Source of the DNA: Botryllus schlosseri
Taxonomy: Eukaryota
Direction of reading: 5' to 3'
Length of the DNA: 64,000 nt
Assembly (NCBI GenBank): GCA_051294905.1
Contig: CM119382.1
Location: 10,602,001-10,666,000, forward strand
Shown: one piece after another, positions 23,801 to 38,800 of the stretch
Layout: the number at the start of each line of letters is the position of its first letter
Position numbering within the stretch: position 1 is the first letter of the stretch
Made by a program: the position numbers and the translations under genes
The notes under the pieces: generated by a model
Told to the model about the DNA's origin: nothing
The model's database searches: none
The model's input: the letters and a program-made list of their open reading frames with translations, nothing else

Positions 23801-26800
23801 CATAGCCGCGATATCACTTGGTTAGCGCTGTAGTTATTTACCTTTACGACTTGGCGAATCGCGAACCCTGGTTGAGAACCACTGTGCAATTCATTGTTAG
23901 GATTTTAATGGTTGCGTGTTATTTGCCAGCTCAAGAAGTCGATCGCCGTCGCCGCGGCGAAGCCGCAGTCAGGGCAGAGGGTCTAGACCACGCTCCAGAA
24001 CCCCGGACAGTGCCAGGTATGCGGCCGAGATGAAATTTTATTAGGGTAAACGTTGGTTTCAAGCGTCGCCCTTGTGATGGCAGCCGACGGAGGTCGCCTA
24101 GCGAGCGTTCGATTTCGAGCGAGAGGAGTTTGAGTCCAGTGCCGCGTCTGACAAAGCAGAAGTCGCTCGGGGAGCTGGTGAGTCTTGGTTATTCAAATTA
24201 ATTGCCCGCGCGCATTTAAATAATATGATTAGAAATAATCGGCCTACTTGCAGAGCAGAAGTGGTTAGTACCAAGGTACTTCAACTGCTAAGTACTCAAG
24301 TAGGCTATGTCTGCTTGCTCTGCTTACTCAAGTGGTTATGAATTGAAATTACTTCCACTTCTCTGTGACAGATTCAAGTTTTTTAGGCAAAACTAGGCCT
24401 AACATACTTACTCTGCAATTCCCACTCGTACTCGAGTAGAAGTTCACCACGTCACTTTCACGGGTGATATTGTCGTAGCAATCGGGTTGAATATCTCCCG
24501 TCACAATAACCGAATGTGTTTTCGAAAAATGCTCCTCCTTTTCCTAGTTTTTAGGATCACAAGTCGTTTTGTGGTAGTCGCATGAGCTTACTCTGATTAA
24601 CTACTAGAAGCACTCGACTAGCTGTGACTGAATCTACTTTTGATAAGTATCTTTCAATCCTTCATTTCCCGCTCCCGCTTGAAGTATATTTGGCGTAGTT
24701 GGAAATTGACACTTGTACTTGAAATTAACTACAAATTTACGGTGTTAATTCTACTTTGGTAGCAACATTACTTTGACCACCTCTGTTGTGTGCGGTCACT
24801 AGGGTTGCGTCGATTGCGTTGACGTTGCCTGTAGCTTTTCTCGCGTCGCACGTGATAGTATTACCGTATCGACTCTTTTTAGCGTCCATTATCGCCGCTG
24901 TCTCCTGACGGGCCGGACACGGTGCACGATCCAGAAGCGGTTGTGTTTGCCGTAAGGCCGCCCGAGGCGAAGCCGGTCATCTTGAAGAAGACAAGATGGA
25001 ACAGTAAGTCTTGTTGTGTCTTTGCATCATTTACATTACCCTGTTCGGAACTGGTCAAGTGAAGACCCTGATGGATCGACATGGATGTATTATATTCGCC
25101 TTGAATTCATTTTTTAGGGGTATGGCGTAAATGGGGCTAGATAAAATTTTCTCAAAATGTTTACAATAGACACAAGCTACTTTGAATCCACAGGGAAGAC
25201 ATACGTTTTATATTGTTTGGTAATATTATGATATGACACATTATGTCTAGAAAGCCACTGCGTCTGTATTCGATAACTTCTCAACTACTTTTCAGATGCT
25301 TGTTTTTGTGTGTACAATGTAGGCTACATGTACAGCTCTGTAATCAAGAATATTATGTGATGATATCAATATTTGTGCTATTGATTATAGTAATACCTAC
25401 TCTGGTGAGCTGTTGATCCCTTCCCTGTTTCAGATGCGTACGGTTTGAAGTTCGGCACGAGAATTTTTATACAGGACATCCAGCCAGGCAGTCTCGCCGA
25501 GAAGAATCCCGAGCTTAAGAAAGGCGACAGTATTATGATGGTAGGTGGTGTAGGCTTTTTGTTCTGCATCGTTGAAATGAGTCTTCGCTCTTGCATAACG
25601 GTCGCCTTTGTTTTGTCATCAAGTTTGTCTTGTTGTCAAGTTGAGTGTAAAATAGTTTGCATGTTGTGACTGGCGGTGTTCTTTTTCCTGTGGGGCTTGA
25701 AGGTGTTTCGCTGTAATTCTGTATTTTGAAAAGGAAGTAGTCTCATCGGTACTCACCATAATGGAGATTTGTACTAGTGTCATGTCATCAAACTGTGTTA
25801 TTGTGCATCACGGTTTGTTAAATATGGAGGTATTGTTAGATATGTATTGCTACTGGCCTCCACGCTATATTCAGTATTTAAGTCTGTTTCCTTACCTGAT
25901 ACCTTTTTACTGTATTGCCCGACATATCACGCACCATATGTAGAATTTGTGTATGGACTGCACCAGCGCTTGAGGCATTCGATTGGAGCCCACTGTGTGT
26001 TATGTATGTCTCAAGCTAAATTCTTTGTCTTGTGTAAATATTTGCGTACACTGCATTTCGGTACCGGTATCTTTTTATAGCTGTGGTTTATTGTGCTGCG
26101 CTGGCAAACATGGACTCAAGGTGAAATTACATGTCCCAGATTATGTTCCCGGATTACTACCATTTGCTCATGATAGTTGGTAGGTCTTTTCATCTCAAGA
26201 ACCCATATAGCTATTCCATGTCCTTGCTTATACCGTAAACTATTACTATTACCCAATTTATATGGATTGCGTTTTACACAAGCTATTAAATTATAGAGCC
26301 TCAGCGGGTGTTGTTGGGAATTATTGCGTCCTGTTTCTGACTTACCTGTACTCAATTAATATTTGCCTTTGTTTGGGAGTAATGGAATGAAAGTTTACAG
26401 TACGGAATATGGTTTCCGTACTTTAGCTATGATGGACTTGATAATCATGTCATATCATATCAGACCTTTGCAATCACAACTAAAAGTGAAAATTAGCGAT
26501 TTTTTACGGGGTAATGTTTGAGAATATACATACGATTCTTCCGAATTATGTTTTGCCTGTTACGAGTTGTATAGTCCAATTTTCATCGAAAGCGTCACAC
26601 ATTACCAGACATCAACTCAATCTGAATCTATTGCCCGCTTCTTCTCAGATCAACGGAAGAAATGTAGATAATAAGACAGTCGATGAAGCTATCCAGATCA
26701 TCGGTCTGTCCAAAGACAAGCTCACGATGCTGGTGAAAAGCGAGTCGGGCGGTACCGTTTCGATACCAGCGTCGCACTTCGCTCAGCCGAGCCCGTCGAA

Positions 26801-29800
26801 AAGCAAGCACGGCGACAAGAAAGACAAGCATGCCGGTACGATAATTTCTGTTAACGATCCCGGATTTTTTTATTGAATTTTTATTTCTATTTTTATCCGG
26901 GAATAATCCAGATGACGAAAGCACCTATTCTCGCTCGTCTCGTTCGTCGTCTCGATCCGAAGAATCCAGAAAATCCGAACGCCGCAGTAAAAAATCAGAG
27001 TAAGCCCAAAAGCAATTGTTCTTATCCTTAACATATGGGGTCCATGGGCCCATTGGTGGACCGCAGACTAGTTTTAAGGGCTCCAGGAAACGCCAATGTT
27101 GAAACTACAACTGCAGACTAGGCAACTAACTGCATTATCCTTGTTTGACAAGATCTGTCCTTATTTATGACGTATATCCATATTTTGTCTTATTCTCAGT
27201 GCTGGCCGCAATAACCACACCGACAATATAAATCATGCGATCACTAATAATTGCACTCCAAACGGTATTCAGGCCACGACGAGGGCTGTAATGAGATTTC
27301 CTAAAAGATATTTAGTCGTCAGTTGGTTTTTTGTTTGGATGGCAATAAAGCTGGGATTAGGATTGGGACTTGGCGACATTGATGACATTTTTTATTTAGT
27401 TATCAGCTGTTCAAATTTTGCGGTTAGGCCACTCAAACTTTCAGATGGGAAGATTAGGCTATCTTGGACTAGTAGGCGTGGTCGAAATTCAAATAGAGAT
27501 AGACGGAACGTCGTAAATGTCGACTTGGATTACAGATAGAAGTAACAATTTCATGGCAATTTCCAAATGAGAAAGTAAGTATTGTAATCTTAGTAAATAG
27601 AAGTAAAGTAAGTACAAAAGTGTGTGTTCTATTTAACACTGAAACTGACCCGATTATTTGAAATTTCAAGCCGGTGACGTAATATTTTGTGATACGATTG
27701 TTGATGTACAATGTTCTTTCCAATTCTCTACTAGTTGCTAACAATTAACCCTGACGAGTGTCAGCCGAAAATATTTGGCTTTATTTCAATACCAATTCTA
27801 ATTGTAAGAAGTGGTTGTCTAAAATCATAGTCACTTTAGCAAGTAGGAAAAACCTACCTGGAGTAGCCTACTTCGTTACTGACAACCTCCTGGCCCAAAA
27901 AATTAGAGGCCCGGCTAGGAACCCCCATCCTAAAGTACGATGGTTGAATATGCGATGACGTTGAATATGCACGTCTGTTTCAGAAAACCAGTTCAGAAAG
28001 AGCCGGAGCCAGAGAAAAAAGACAGGAAAGCAGTCGGCGGCATACGCGTGATGCCGGCCGAGCTGGAGGCGGCCACCAAAGCGAAAAAGGCGGCGGACAC
28101 GCCGTCCGGTTCCAGTCGCACCAGCTCTCGGGTCAGCCACACCCCGGAACCGGCGCCGCGCGCCAAATCCTCGCAGCCCCTCTACGACGAGCCCCCCGAA
28201 GACGAGGTGGAGGAGGACGGACAAGTTCTACCGTACGTTTTTCTAAATGATTTTTGAAACAAATATGACGTTCTTTAGAACAAATTGAACGTTCTTACCA
28301 ATTCTCTACTACTTGCTGACGTTTACCCCCTCGGTTTCATTTCAATATGAGAACAAAGTAATGTAGTGTACGATTATAAGTGCCACTGTGATTGTGGCTA
28401 CGTGGGAAGAACGTCAAAGCGTCTGCAGGAACGCGTAAACCAGCATGTCCCCAGATGTATCAGAACACGTGCATCAGGCTCGGTGAAAAGCTCCACCTTA
28501 AAACTCATCCGCTTAAGCTTGATGCTGACCGATCAAAGGCCATTAATTCTGTGCCATCGGCAAACATCTGTTCGATGATCCAATTTGTGCGAATAATTAT
28601 CGAGATGACAGATTTCACGTTGTTGGGAGGGGCCGTTCGCGCTTCCATTTGTGTGCCTTGGAGTCGACTTTTATCAAAATACACCAACCCAAACTCTGTC
28701 AACAAAAGGAGTTCGTGTCCCACCTAAAAATAGTACATTGAACGCTCCCTCTTTCATGCTGGTGACGTCATATTTTGTGATGCAATTGTTGATATACAAT
28801 GTTCTTTCCAATTCTCTAATAGTTGCTGACGATTTCTCCTGACGAGTGTCAGCCGAAAATATTCGGGTTGATTTCAATACGAATGTACTATCCCATTGTA
28901 TATTGAAGTTCTGTACCTCCAAGAAGCTCTTCAAGTATTTCAATATAAATATACTTTTCAATAATTTTTGTAACAAACATTAGTTCTGCCATGTTGTTTT
29001 GTGAAAAATTTTTTTTCGAAATTTGCTTTTGACGGTGGCCATATTATTTCCAGCGCAAACGCTCACACCATCAAATTCATCAAGAAGCGCAGCGTTGGGA
29101 TAAGATTGGCCGGCGGTAACGATGTCGGGATATTTGTAGCGTCGGTTTTGGATACGAGCGCCGCTGCCCTTCAGGGATTGAAAGCCGGCGATCAAATCTT
29201 GAGCGTAAGTGGACTGGGTTACGTTTCATCGGCGATGTAACGGTTTGTTTTGATGCGCATAGGTCAACAATAAAAATTTCCGGAATATTATACGGGAAGA
29301 AGCGGTTTTGGCGCTGATGGGATTACCGGAAGGGCAGGAGGTGACGATTGTGGCGCAGCCCAGATTCGCAGGTACGAATTTCTGATTCCGCATTATTGAA
29401 GAGGTACTGTGCACTAAATAATATGTTGTGTTCTCAAATTAATGTTGAATTTGTGACAATCGTTTTGGCATCAGCCGTTATCCTCAGAAAGTCGCCGTAA
29501 TTCAACTGTAGCTAAAAGATTTTCACAGAATGTATCATTCCAATCTAACTATCTCTGTGATGTCACTCGTTATCAATTTTTAATTCTTTGCAAAATTTCT
29601 GGCACGCATTTTCTCGACGTGATCAAGGCAGAAAATGTATTTTTGATAGTTGTCGGCCGATATTATGGAACAACTGTGTCGTATGAACCACGGGGGTTTG
29701 GGTACGGTACTGAGGCGTTCAGCCAGGTATATTTGTGTTTGAAGCTTGTTATCGGTACAGGTACCTACCATTTTTCAGTTTCTCTGCCTTGAACTGCATC

Positions 29801-32800
29801 AGACTGTAAATCCTTTGAATTAACACATTGCTGGCTGAACTTTTACTTGGTTGTATTTGAAATGTAGATTGGTACATCTAGAAACTGTGATGGTATGCCA
29901 GCGATTGCTTTAATAATATTATTGCTCCTTTACGTGATAGTTTCTTTCGATATGATTTGCTCAAGTTAATATGAAACAGCGTCTGTATGCTACGATTTTG
30001 TTTAGTTATCTGGGTTAGGGTCAACTTGCTTATCGGCAAGTGCAAACTATGTATTTTGATGACTTGTGTTTCGCTATGTAGTAAGTTTCGAGTGGGCAGA
30101 GGCGCGTTTGTTTAATTTGCTCTCTCGCGATAGCGTCGTAAACAGACTCGACTTTCTGACGTCTGTAGCGCTGTTTGAGGAGAAAATATGTTCCAGCGAT
30201 AGATTCACTTCCTTATTTGTCATTCTTTCTGTACCTGCCTAAATTGAAACTAGATTCGCCGTTGATCATGTGATTGAGTTGTGAGTCATGGCGCTGTCAT
30301 CTTTACACTCCTACAAATGATTGATTTTTTCAGTGTAGTGTCACAATGATGGCAATGTCATGTTTCTTAAAATCTGTATTTCTCTTTTGTGGCAACATGT
30401 ATTAAAATTCCCTGGTGCCTGTGCGGTGGGTGGGGCCCACATTGTCAAATACCATTATATTATTTTCGTAGGCCAGTTCATATTAAGCGCATTCTTCCAA
30501 TATGACATATGAGGAAGTGGTGTAAGTAATGTTATAATATTCTTATGCAATATTGTTATAATATTCCTACACAATTCTGTTGGTTTGGTATGGTACATCA
30601 CTTCTGTGTTCCTTAGCTCCTCTTGATGATCGCTCATGCCTGAATGCTTTCAAAGGCCGCACTTCCATTTATGCTCAATTCATCTTTTGATATCAATCAA
30701 TCACGTTCACTCTACATTATTTCGGGTGGCGCGAGCAATTTGTTTTATCTTGACTTCAAGATTGACTTTACATCGTAAATCTATCTCTGCCTTGGAATTT
30801 TTTCTTTCCATATTTGGAAGTACCTTGACTATTCGTCTGTGAAGAAATGGGGAATCTAGCAATGTATGAGACACAGCGTCACAGTCTAATATTTATGATT
30901 TCAGGGATATCGAGAACTCCTACAACTTATATATATCCCTGTTGTGATCAATGACGTAACTACCAATATCGGTAATTGGGATTTTTCCATCCCATGTTAG
31001 AAGACGACTCTCATCCACTGAACTGATGTCTATTTTGTACTCAATTAGATGCTCATAATGCTTTGTTGTGTATATCTTTTCTGGGTCATTTGGCATAATA
31101 ATCAATTGATTGATTGATTGATTGATTACCGTTACTTGATTAGTTTACATTCTACTTACACAAATGAACGAAATAACATTAAGGAAATGCCGAAAAAGTC
31201 TGACTTGATACTTGTAATAAGCATTTTTTGCACTCAATTTGTATTTTGCATGCCATATACTTCTTGTCCCCGTAAATATCACACCGTTTATATGTGCAGC
31301 GCACAGTATGAGAATGAGAAAGCGTGCTTGTTATCTGGTGCTTACATTCATAATGCAAGGTGTACTTAATTTGAGCGTGCTCCGTTACTTTTTAGAGTTT
31401 CAAAAGACTCTAGATCACGGCACCGGCGACTCCTTCTACATCCGTACTCATTTCAAATACGAACGGGCCAACGAGCACGAAATGAGTTTCAAACAGGGAT
31501 CCGTCTTCCGCATATCCGACACTCTCTATCAAGGGATGGTCGGTTATTGGCTCGCTGTGCGCATCGGCAGAAGCAATATGGAAGTTGAACGCGGGGTTAT
31601 TCCCAACGGCAGTCGGTAAGATTACGAATCTTTCTTTCTGCAAGCAGTTTATCGAAGCTGATGTTAAAGGCACACTTTGCATGGGTTCGCGGAAGAAAAA
31701 ATCAATGTTTTCCTTCAATATATAAATTAAACTTTTGTTGCGGTCGGAGATTCCTGCCGAAATGGATTCGAAATACACTTTAATGGACCGTTGCTCCCCC
31801 GCCGTTGCGTAGAATGTTATGGTTCGATTCCGCGGACGAGCTATAAATTGCATTTTGTAATTGAAATTCTGTGAGGCAACTTGCGGATATGGTGATTTGA
31901 GTGCTGTATTATTAATGAGGATGGCTGTGTCTTTATTATGATTCACTTTAATACCTTGACGGGATGGAATTTGCTGAAATTTTGGTCAGCGGTGCGTATT
32001 TTTTCCCACTGGAGCCTTGAGAGTACATATGGTTCTACCGTATGATTTAAAATATGTAGCAACATATTGTGACATTTGACCACTAGAACTTTCTGGTTTT
32101 TGAATAATATATCCTATTCAGCTTTAAGTATTTACAATCAAACTCTAACTGAGTAAGAAACAAGGTGTATATTGTAGTCGAGAAAATGCAACTAAGAATG
32201 TGAAGTCGTGTGGTTCTCATAAATCAATACATACGACAGTATTCGAGACCCTCTCACATTTGTAGCAGTGATGATGCAGTTGGACAGGTCAATAAATATC
32301 GACTGGAGTTGACTGATATTGATATATTGCCACTGGCACTTTCGGCTAGCTTACACATCGGTCATTCTCGCGGTCTCTACTTGAATGGTTAATCATGAGA
32401 TTAAAACTCTGAAATCGAATCACCCTGGTCCTTGATTTTGCCCAGCCCTCGTCGGTATCGAAATGAGACACGGTGAAACACGATACGGTATGTTTTCGTC
32501 TGCAGCGCGCAGCAGTTGAAAGAAGTGCAGGACAAGAAAATGCAGCAGTCTAAAGAGAAGGCGACGCAACGTGGCGGAATCAAGAGGCGACTGAAGGGAA
32601 ACGCGGGGAAAGGCAAGCCGGAAAAGAGCTTCCAAGCTCCGGCAAACTCTCCCCACTTCCCCGCCTATGAGAGAGTGGTGTTACGTGAAGGTATGTGGAT
32701 TACGTTGTGGAATTGGTAACCTTGAAGCTAGAACCGATAACATTTTCGATCGCTCTACTCCTTGAATAAGCCGCTGTCCATAATCTAGAGATTATTTTGG

Positions 32801-35800
32801 CTACCCATTTGGCAATGGTTATTCGGTGTTTCTTTCTCACAATTGTCTCTGTCCGTCACCTAACTTTATCCACAAACCTTACAACTGATGGTTCTGGAAG
32901 ATTTCGAGTGGCCTTCTTCATATTGATCATGACGTTTGTTAGTATATTCTTTGGTCACTTTATCATGATATCATGTACTAGCCAATCCACTACTCAAATC
33001 TGCGCCTGAGTATCAACGAATATACTCCCTTTCCCGGTAATGATTTATTTTATCAACGTGGAGACATAGTATTGTTACCGAGAGCCTTGAAACATGGATT
33101 GTTCATCCAAAACCTGCTGCATTTCTGTCTTAGTGATTAACCCTCGGGATTGTCACAACTCGCTGTATGAAATAGTCATGTTCGAAGGAAGATAAATAAC
33201 GCGTGTGTGATATTAGATTCTATGCGGTACATATTTCAACCTTTGAATTGTTCTTACCGTCATGACGTCATATTATGCATACCTACGACTTGCTAGAGCA
33301 CTCTACAGTGGTGCCTCCTGGTGCGATGCCGGGCCCGATTAACTCAATAATAATGGAATTGTTGTTTATTCGCAGCTGGCTTCAAGCGACCTGTCACGAT
33401 ATTCGGACCGCTTGCCGATATCGCTCGACAAAGGTTAGCCTCGGATTACAACTCAAATTACGAAATTGCAAGTAAGTATACGTGGTGATTGGTTTTGACG
33501 TCTCTTTAAATGTATGTGAGATGCATCCGATAAAGCATGACAAACTGCCCATTACGTATCAATTAGAGAAACTGTTTGATACTGTCCGACATGTAAGCAG
33601 CATCACGCCTGGTAGTTTGCTGAAATCTGGAACTTCATTGCAAATAGCAGCTTCCACGTCCTTACGAAGATATGTCAATGGGATTCTCTCGACTACATGA
33701 TTTCAGAATTTTCATAACGCCGTCGATTTGAAATCCTCCATTGTGTGTCGGTAACATGATATGTTCCCACCCTTCCTACTAGTGTTGTGTTATTGATGAA
33801 ACACGCGTCGTGTTGTGTGATAAGTTGCGCCACCTATCGAGCTTAAATTCTTGGGATGATTAGATTGTAAGTGGGGTGGGTGCCATGATCGTATGCATTC
33901 TACTCAAAAGTACACATAGATAGCAAAGCAACATACCCTTTTCCCAAAAGTTCGTATTCTAAACCCCAGATCTGGCTCGCCTCCAGGAATTAGCTTAGCA
34001 GTTTTACTATTCACAAAACTACGCCTAAATGCAATTCCTGAATTCATTTCCTATCTTGTCAACTTCCAAGTTCATATACGGCAATGTTTGAGATTATTTT
34101 CAAAATTCGTATGAAATTTCTTGTCGACAGCCAATTCCAGCATAAAAAATCGTATATTCTAGTACAAGTACAAGTATTTTCATTGCTTAACGCTTATTAG
34201 ACAACGACGGCATCGTCAGCGGACAGAAATCCAACCGAAAAGGCATCATACGTCTCAACACGATCAAGAACATCATCGAAAAGGATAAACACGCGATACT
34301 GGACATCACGCCGGCCGCCGTCGAGAAGCTCAACTACGCCCAGCTCTATCCGATTGTCGTGTTCCTGAAGCCGGAAAGCAAAGCGGCCGTCAAGGAGCTC
34401 CGTTCGAAACTGGCCGTGACCGAAGAGGAGCGGAAGAAAAAGCACGGCAAGCTGTACGATCGCGCCGTTAAACTGCAGAAGGGTTACGGTCACGTGTTCA
34501 CGGACACTATACCGCTCGGCGCGGTGTCGGACGATTGGTACAGGAAGCTGCATTCCACCATCAAGGACCAGCAGAACATGCCGGTGTGGGTGTCTGAGGA
34601 TAAGGTGTGTTGTTTTTTTTGCATTTGCGGTTGTTCTGTGGAATATTCTTCCAGCTTTTATCGGATTATCTGTTTTCAAGCGTAAAATCAAAATCATATT
34701 ATTTACGCGTGCATTCAGACTGTGCAGTAGGTCTAGTGTTCATTCTTTCCCTACAATTATGCACTGTCTTTTATGCATATTGTTATGCTTTTTACATTTT
34801 ATTAGCACAGTGTACAGCATCCTAGGGATGATATACAGCATTGCTATATTTGGCACTTTATAAAGTTACACAGCGGTGTGGAACCCGCTCTTTTAAAAAT
34901 CAGAACCCCTTCTTTTGTATTGCCGATTCCGCCTCCGAAGTTTTTCGGCTTATTTGTACTTCAGCGATTCATAGCACGCCTCTGCGTATCAACCAAATAA
35001 CGCGATGGCCTTTTTCTCGTAAATTTCACCCATCGATGTTGCACGTTCAATGATACTGCTCGTTTGTAAGAGAAATGGTTGTCGTTGATATCTCGTGCTG
35101 TGTTGTAATATGATGCACTCTGTAATAAAAATCATCCGAAGTGGAAATGATATCGCATAAGTTACTCTTACTTTCTCTTGCGAAAGCTGGGCTCGTACCG
35201 CCTTCTATGTATCATACACATAACACGAAGGTGATAACTAGAGCTGACATTTTTTTGCCCTAAAAACGGAAGATTTTCCATGATTTTCCGTCAAAAAACT
35301 TAATTTCACAATGAGTAGAGGATGGGTCATTTACGACGGTAGGTCTATAAGTAGGTAACAAGGTGTAAAATGTCAAATGATAAGCTCACTGACAACGCAG
35401 CAACGAAATGCAGTTAACGGAATAATTTTAGCTTTCTAAATAATTTTGACAATTTTTTAGACAACATTTCCCCAAACGGGCCGTAATTACGTCTGGGTGA
35501 TAGTGATGACCTCGGCAAGGTTACTCGAAATTTGTCTTTCCTTGATTTTTGATGCATTTTTTGGCGGCACAGTTTGTAATTGGGAATAAATTTGAAGACT
35601 GTCCTACTTTCGCCGAGATCGACCGCCATAATTTCTATCATTTCCAGCTCGGTGGATCTGCCGAGGACGACGATGAACCGGGTATGGTTAGTCCGGGCGA
35701 CGACGACGGACTGTCCTACGTGTCGGCGCCGGGCAGCGAGTACAGCGTCACCACAGTCGGGTCTGAGTTCCAGCATTCGGCCACCGACTTTGACGATGAG

Positions 35801-38800
35801 GACCTTGAAGAAGTGGCCGCGTCGCCGGCTAGAAAGCCGCCTGCGGGCGGGGTAGCTTTAGTACCGCCCCCGAAGGTAAGCGTTTTAAAATCTTAATTCT
35901 GAACGAATCTTGGAAATCCCATAACCCAGTCAGTCAGATCAACAACGAGCATGGATTTGATTTTAAATCAAACTTATTTGATGATTTTAACCTCATCTGG
36001 ATTGCTTATGGATATATAATTGATATCGAGTTCGATTGTACTAGTTGCTGACGATTACCCCTGACGAGTGTCAGCCAGAAATATTGTGATTTATTTCAAT
36101 TTTATGAATATACTATTCAATTATATATTGAAGTTCTGTACCTCCGGATTATGATTTGAACGTGAAATTTCTAATCATTTTCAATTTTCAAGCAAATTTT
36201 AAGCAAAGTTCACGTATTGCCCCAATTCGGACATAATTTGATAGTAATCCAGTATTTTGCCTGGGATTTAATCTCGATCTGATACAGGATTTGTAATTGG
36301 AAATATTGGTATCTCAATCTAAAACAGGCGTCTCAAACTCTTGTTTGTCTGCAGGCTAGTTTCCTAGTTTGTGATGACGCCGCGGCATCAATAATAAGGG
36401 TATTCAATGTCTTTCCGAGCAGGCCTTATTTGATGGGACCTTGCGGAATGAAATTCCACACCCATCGATAAAATGTGGTTTGCTATGTAGCGATTCACGC
36501 ATGGTATGAAACATATCACATTTTTAAAAATAGAAATAAAATGTTCTTTGCGCACTTGCTTTCGACGCGGGCTGTACAAAATATTCTAGTTTGCGAACCC
36601 TGATCTAAAACAAGACGGTCCTTTGGAGTCGCAATTTATTTCTATTCGCTGCAATATCTGTTTGAATGTAGCGTCCGCCGAGCAGCTCCAGCTCTGAAGA
36701 GGAAGAGGCCGGGAATAAATTTGGTGATGACGATCTGGACGATGCCCTGAATAACGAGGAGGAGGAAGAACCGCCTCACGTGAAGCCCGTACTCCCTCCG
36801 ACCAAACAAGATTGTAAGTTTTCGAAGCCATTGACAGCTTTCAGTGGTATCTTGAGATGATTTTCAAATCAATTCAGATCCGTCGTCTGCTTCATCTCCA
36901 CGCGGCATGGACAGATCAGCGCGCCCGCAGGTAGGCCTGTTTTTACGTCGTAACGTGTCCGAGTAGCTCACCAGCGGTGCGTTTCAGCATGACGACACGT
37001 CCAGCACCAGCTCGGAAGAGCCTCGTCAGCCGGCCCCCAAAGTCACCCCGTCCTACACGCCGACAAAGAGCTCGGAAGCTTTGGCGCGGGCCGTACAGCC
37101 CGTGCCGGACGGTCGGTTCGACCCGGATTCGTTTTTAAAGTGAGTTCCGTGCCGGGCTGTCAATTCGGTTCATGTTACATTTTTAGTTCCCATATTGTTA
37201 TTATCTAAAAATAATACTTTGAACGGTCTCGTATTCGAAATTTCATGCTGGTGACGTCACATTTTGTGATACGATCGTTGATACACGATGTTCTTTTCCG
37301 TTCTCTTCTAGTTGCTGACGATTACCCCTGACGAGTGTCAGCCGAAAAAGCCGAGTTCATTTCAATATGAATATACTATTCAATTGTATTTAGAAGTTCT
37401 GTACCTTCAAGAGGCTCTTCAAATATTATTACCAAATGAATCATTATCAAAACGAATTGCTTTTGCGCAGGTTGGCCTACGTGACGAGACAGTAACGGCA
37501 GCTTTTAGTAACATTTGAGAACATTCGGTTTAATTTTAATGTAGTCGTAGACTCGTAGTAGAGCATTTTAAGTAATATTTATAATAACTTAAATGTAATA
37601 TAAAAGCATATTATTGTCCAAGTAGATACACAGGAATGTTATTATTATTACCAAGTGAATCAAACCTATTTTTAACTACAAAAAAAAGAAATTATACTCG
37701 CAGTAAGAAGCAAGTTTGTGAAGGTGCTCACTGCTACCACATGAAAAACTTAAATTGTTAACAAACTCCTTGTATCTCCAACTCTTGAATTCAAAGAATG
37801 TTACAAAACTTCCCGTGTCTCCCGAGGCCATCCAGAGAAGATGCAATGATACACCGACTCCGCAGCCCTGGTTTCGTATCGCTATAGCCCAGTTTTTAAC
37901 GACTTTCTTCTTTCTTTTGTGCCAGGAATCATATCAAGCGTTTGAACAAAGTCCGAACCGACCCGGGCCCGCCTCCAGAGGCTGCAGAACCACCCTCACC
38001 TCAGCCGGTCCCGCAGCCTGCGATAACGCCGCAGCGGGCCCCGGAAACGGAAAGCGCAAATCGCTATCAACCTGAGTATCGGCCTGATGCCAGGTAATTG
38101 AACCGTATCTTGCCAGAGGATGGGGAGTACTCATCGTTGGTACTCGTAGAAGTGACTTCGTAAATTATTATCAAGAATAGATAGAAATAGCCATCAGGCC
38201 GGTCATAAGGAATATAGTTTGACACAGACGAAGCAGCCACTTTCCAGAGCTCTAAATATCACATTTTTCACTGTCCAAAGTTACCCCGTTCTGATAAAAT
38301 TTGACGGGGTAACTTCGGACATCACATTTTCTTGTATTGATCTAAGGGTGAGCCCACTGAGATTTTTGCCATGGATTTTAAGACTACTTAGAGATATCTG
38401 CTGCCAAGTTTTGAATCTATGAATCACATACTATCTATGTTTGGTTGTAAGAATTTTCATGGCCATCAATTTTGATGAAATAGATCGGCGCCATAAATTT
38501 ATCATGTCAGGTCAAGTTTATCTGGTAGTGAAATGAATCCGCCTTTTATTGAGACTACTTGTGGTACTGTTGCATCATGAAAAAGAATTGGACATCCAGC
38601 AGCAACCCTTTTCCATCAATAACCATTTAAATCTTTTACTGCTTAGTGTCCAAAGTTACCCCGGTTTACGGTATTTTTCGTTTCCAGACGTGACCCGCGA
38701 CCTTCAGAACCATTATACGCTCAAGTAGATAAAAACAGGTAATTATATTCAATCGTAAATATTCCGTCGGTCGGGTTTTGAATCTGTCGCATTTCCCTGT

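Noticed and set aside
38273-38322. 18-bp hairpin as a miRNA or terminator
   Set aside because: The arm recurs at ~38648 and looks like a MITE subterminal motif.
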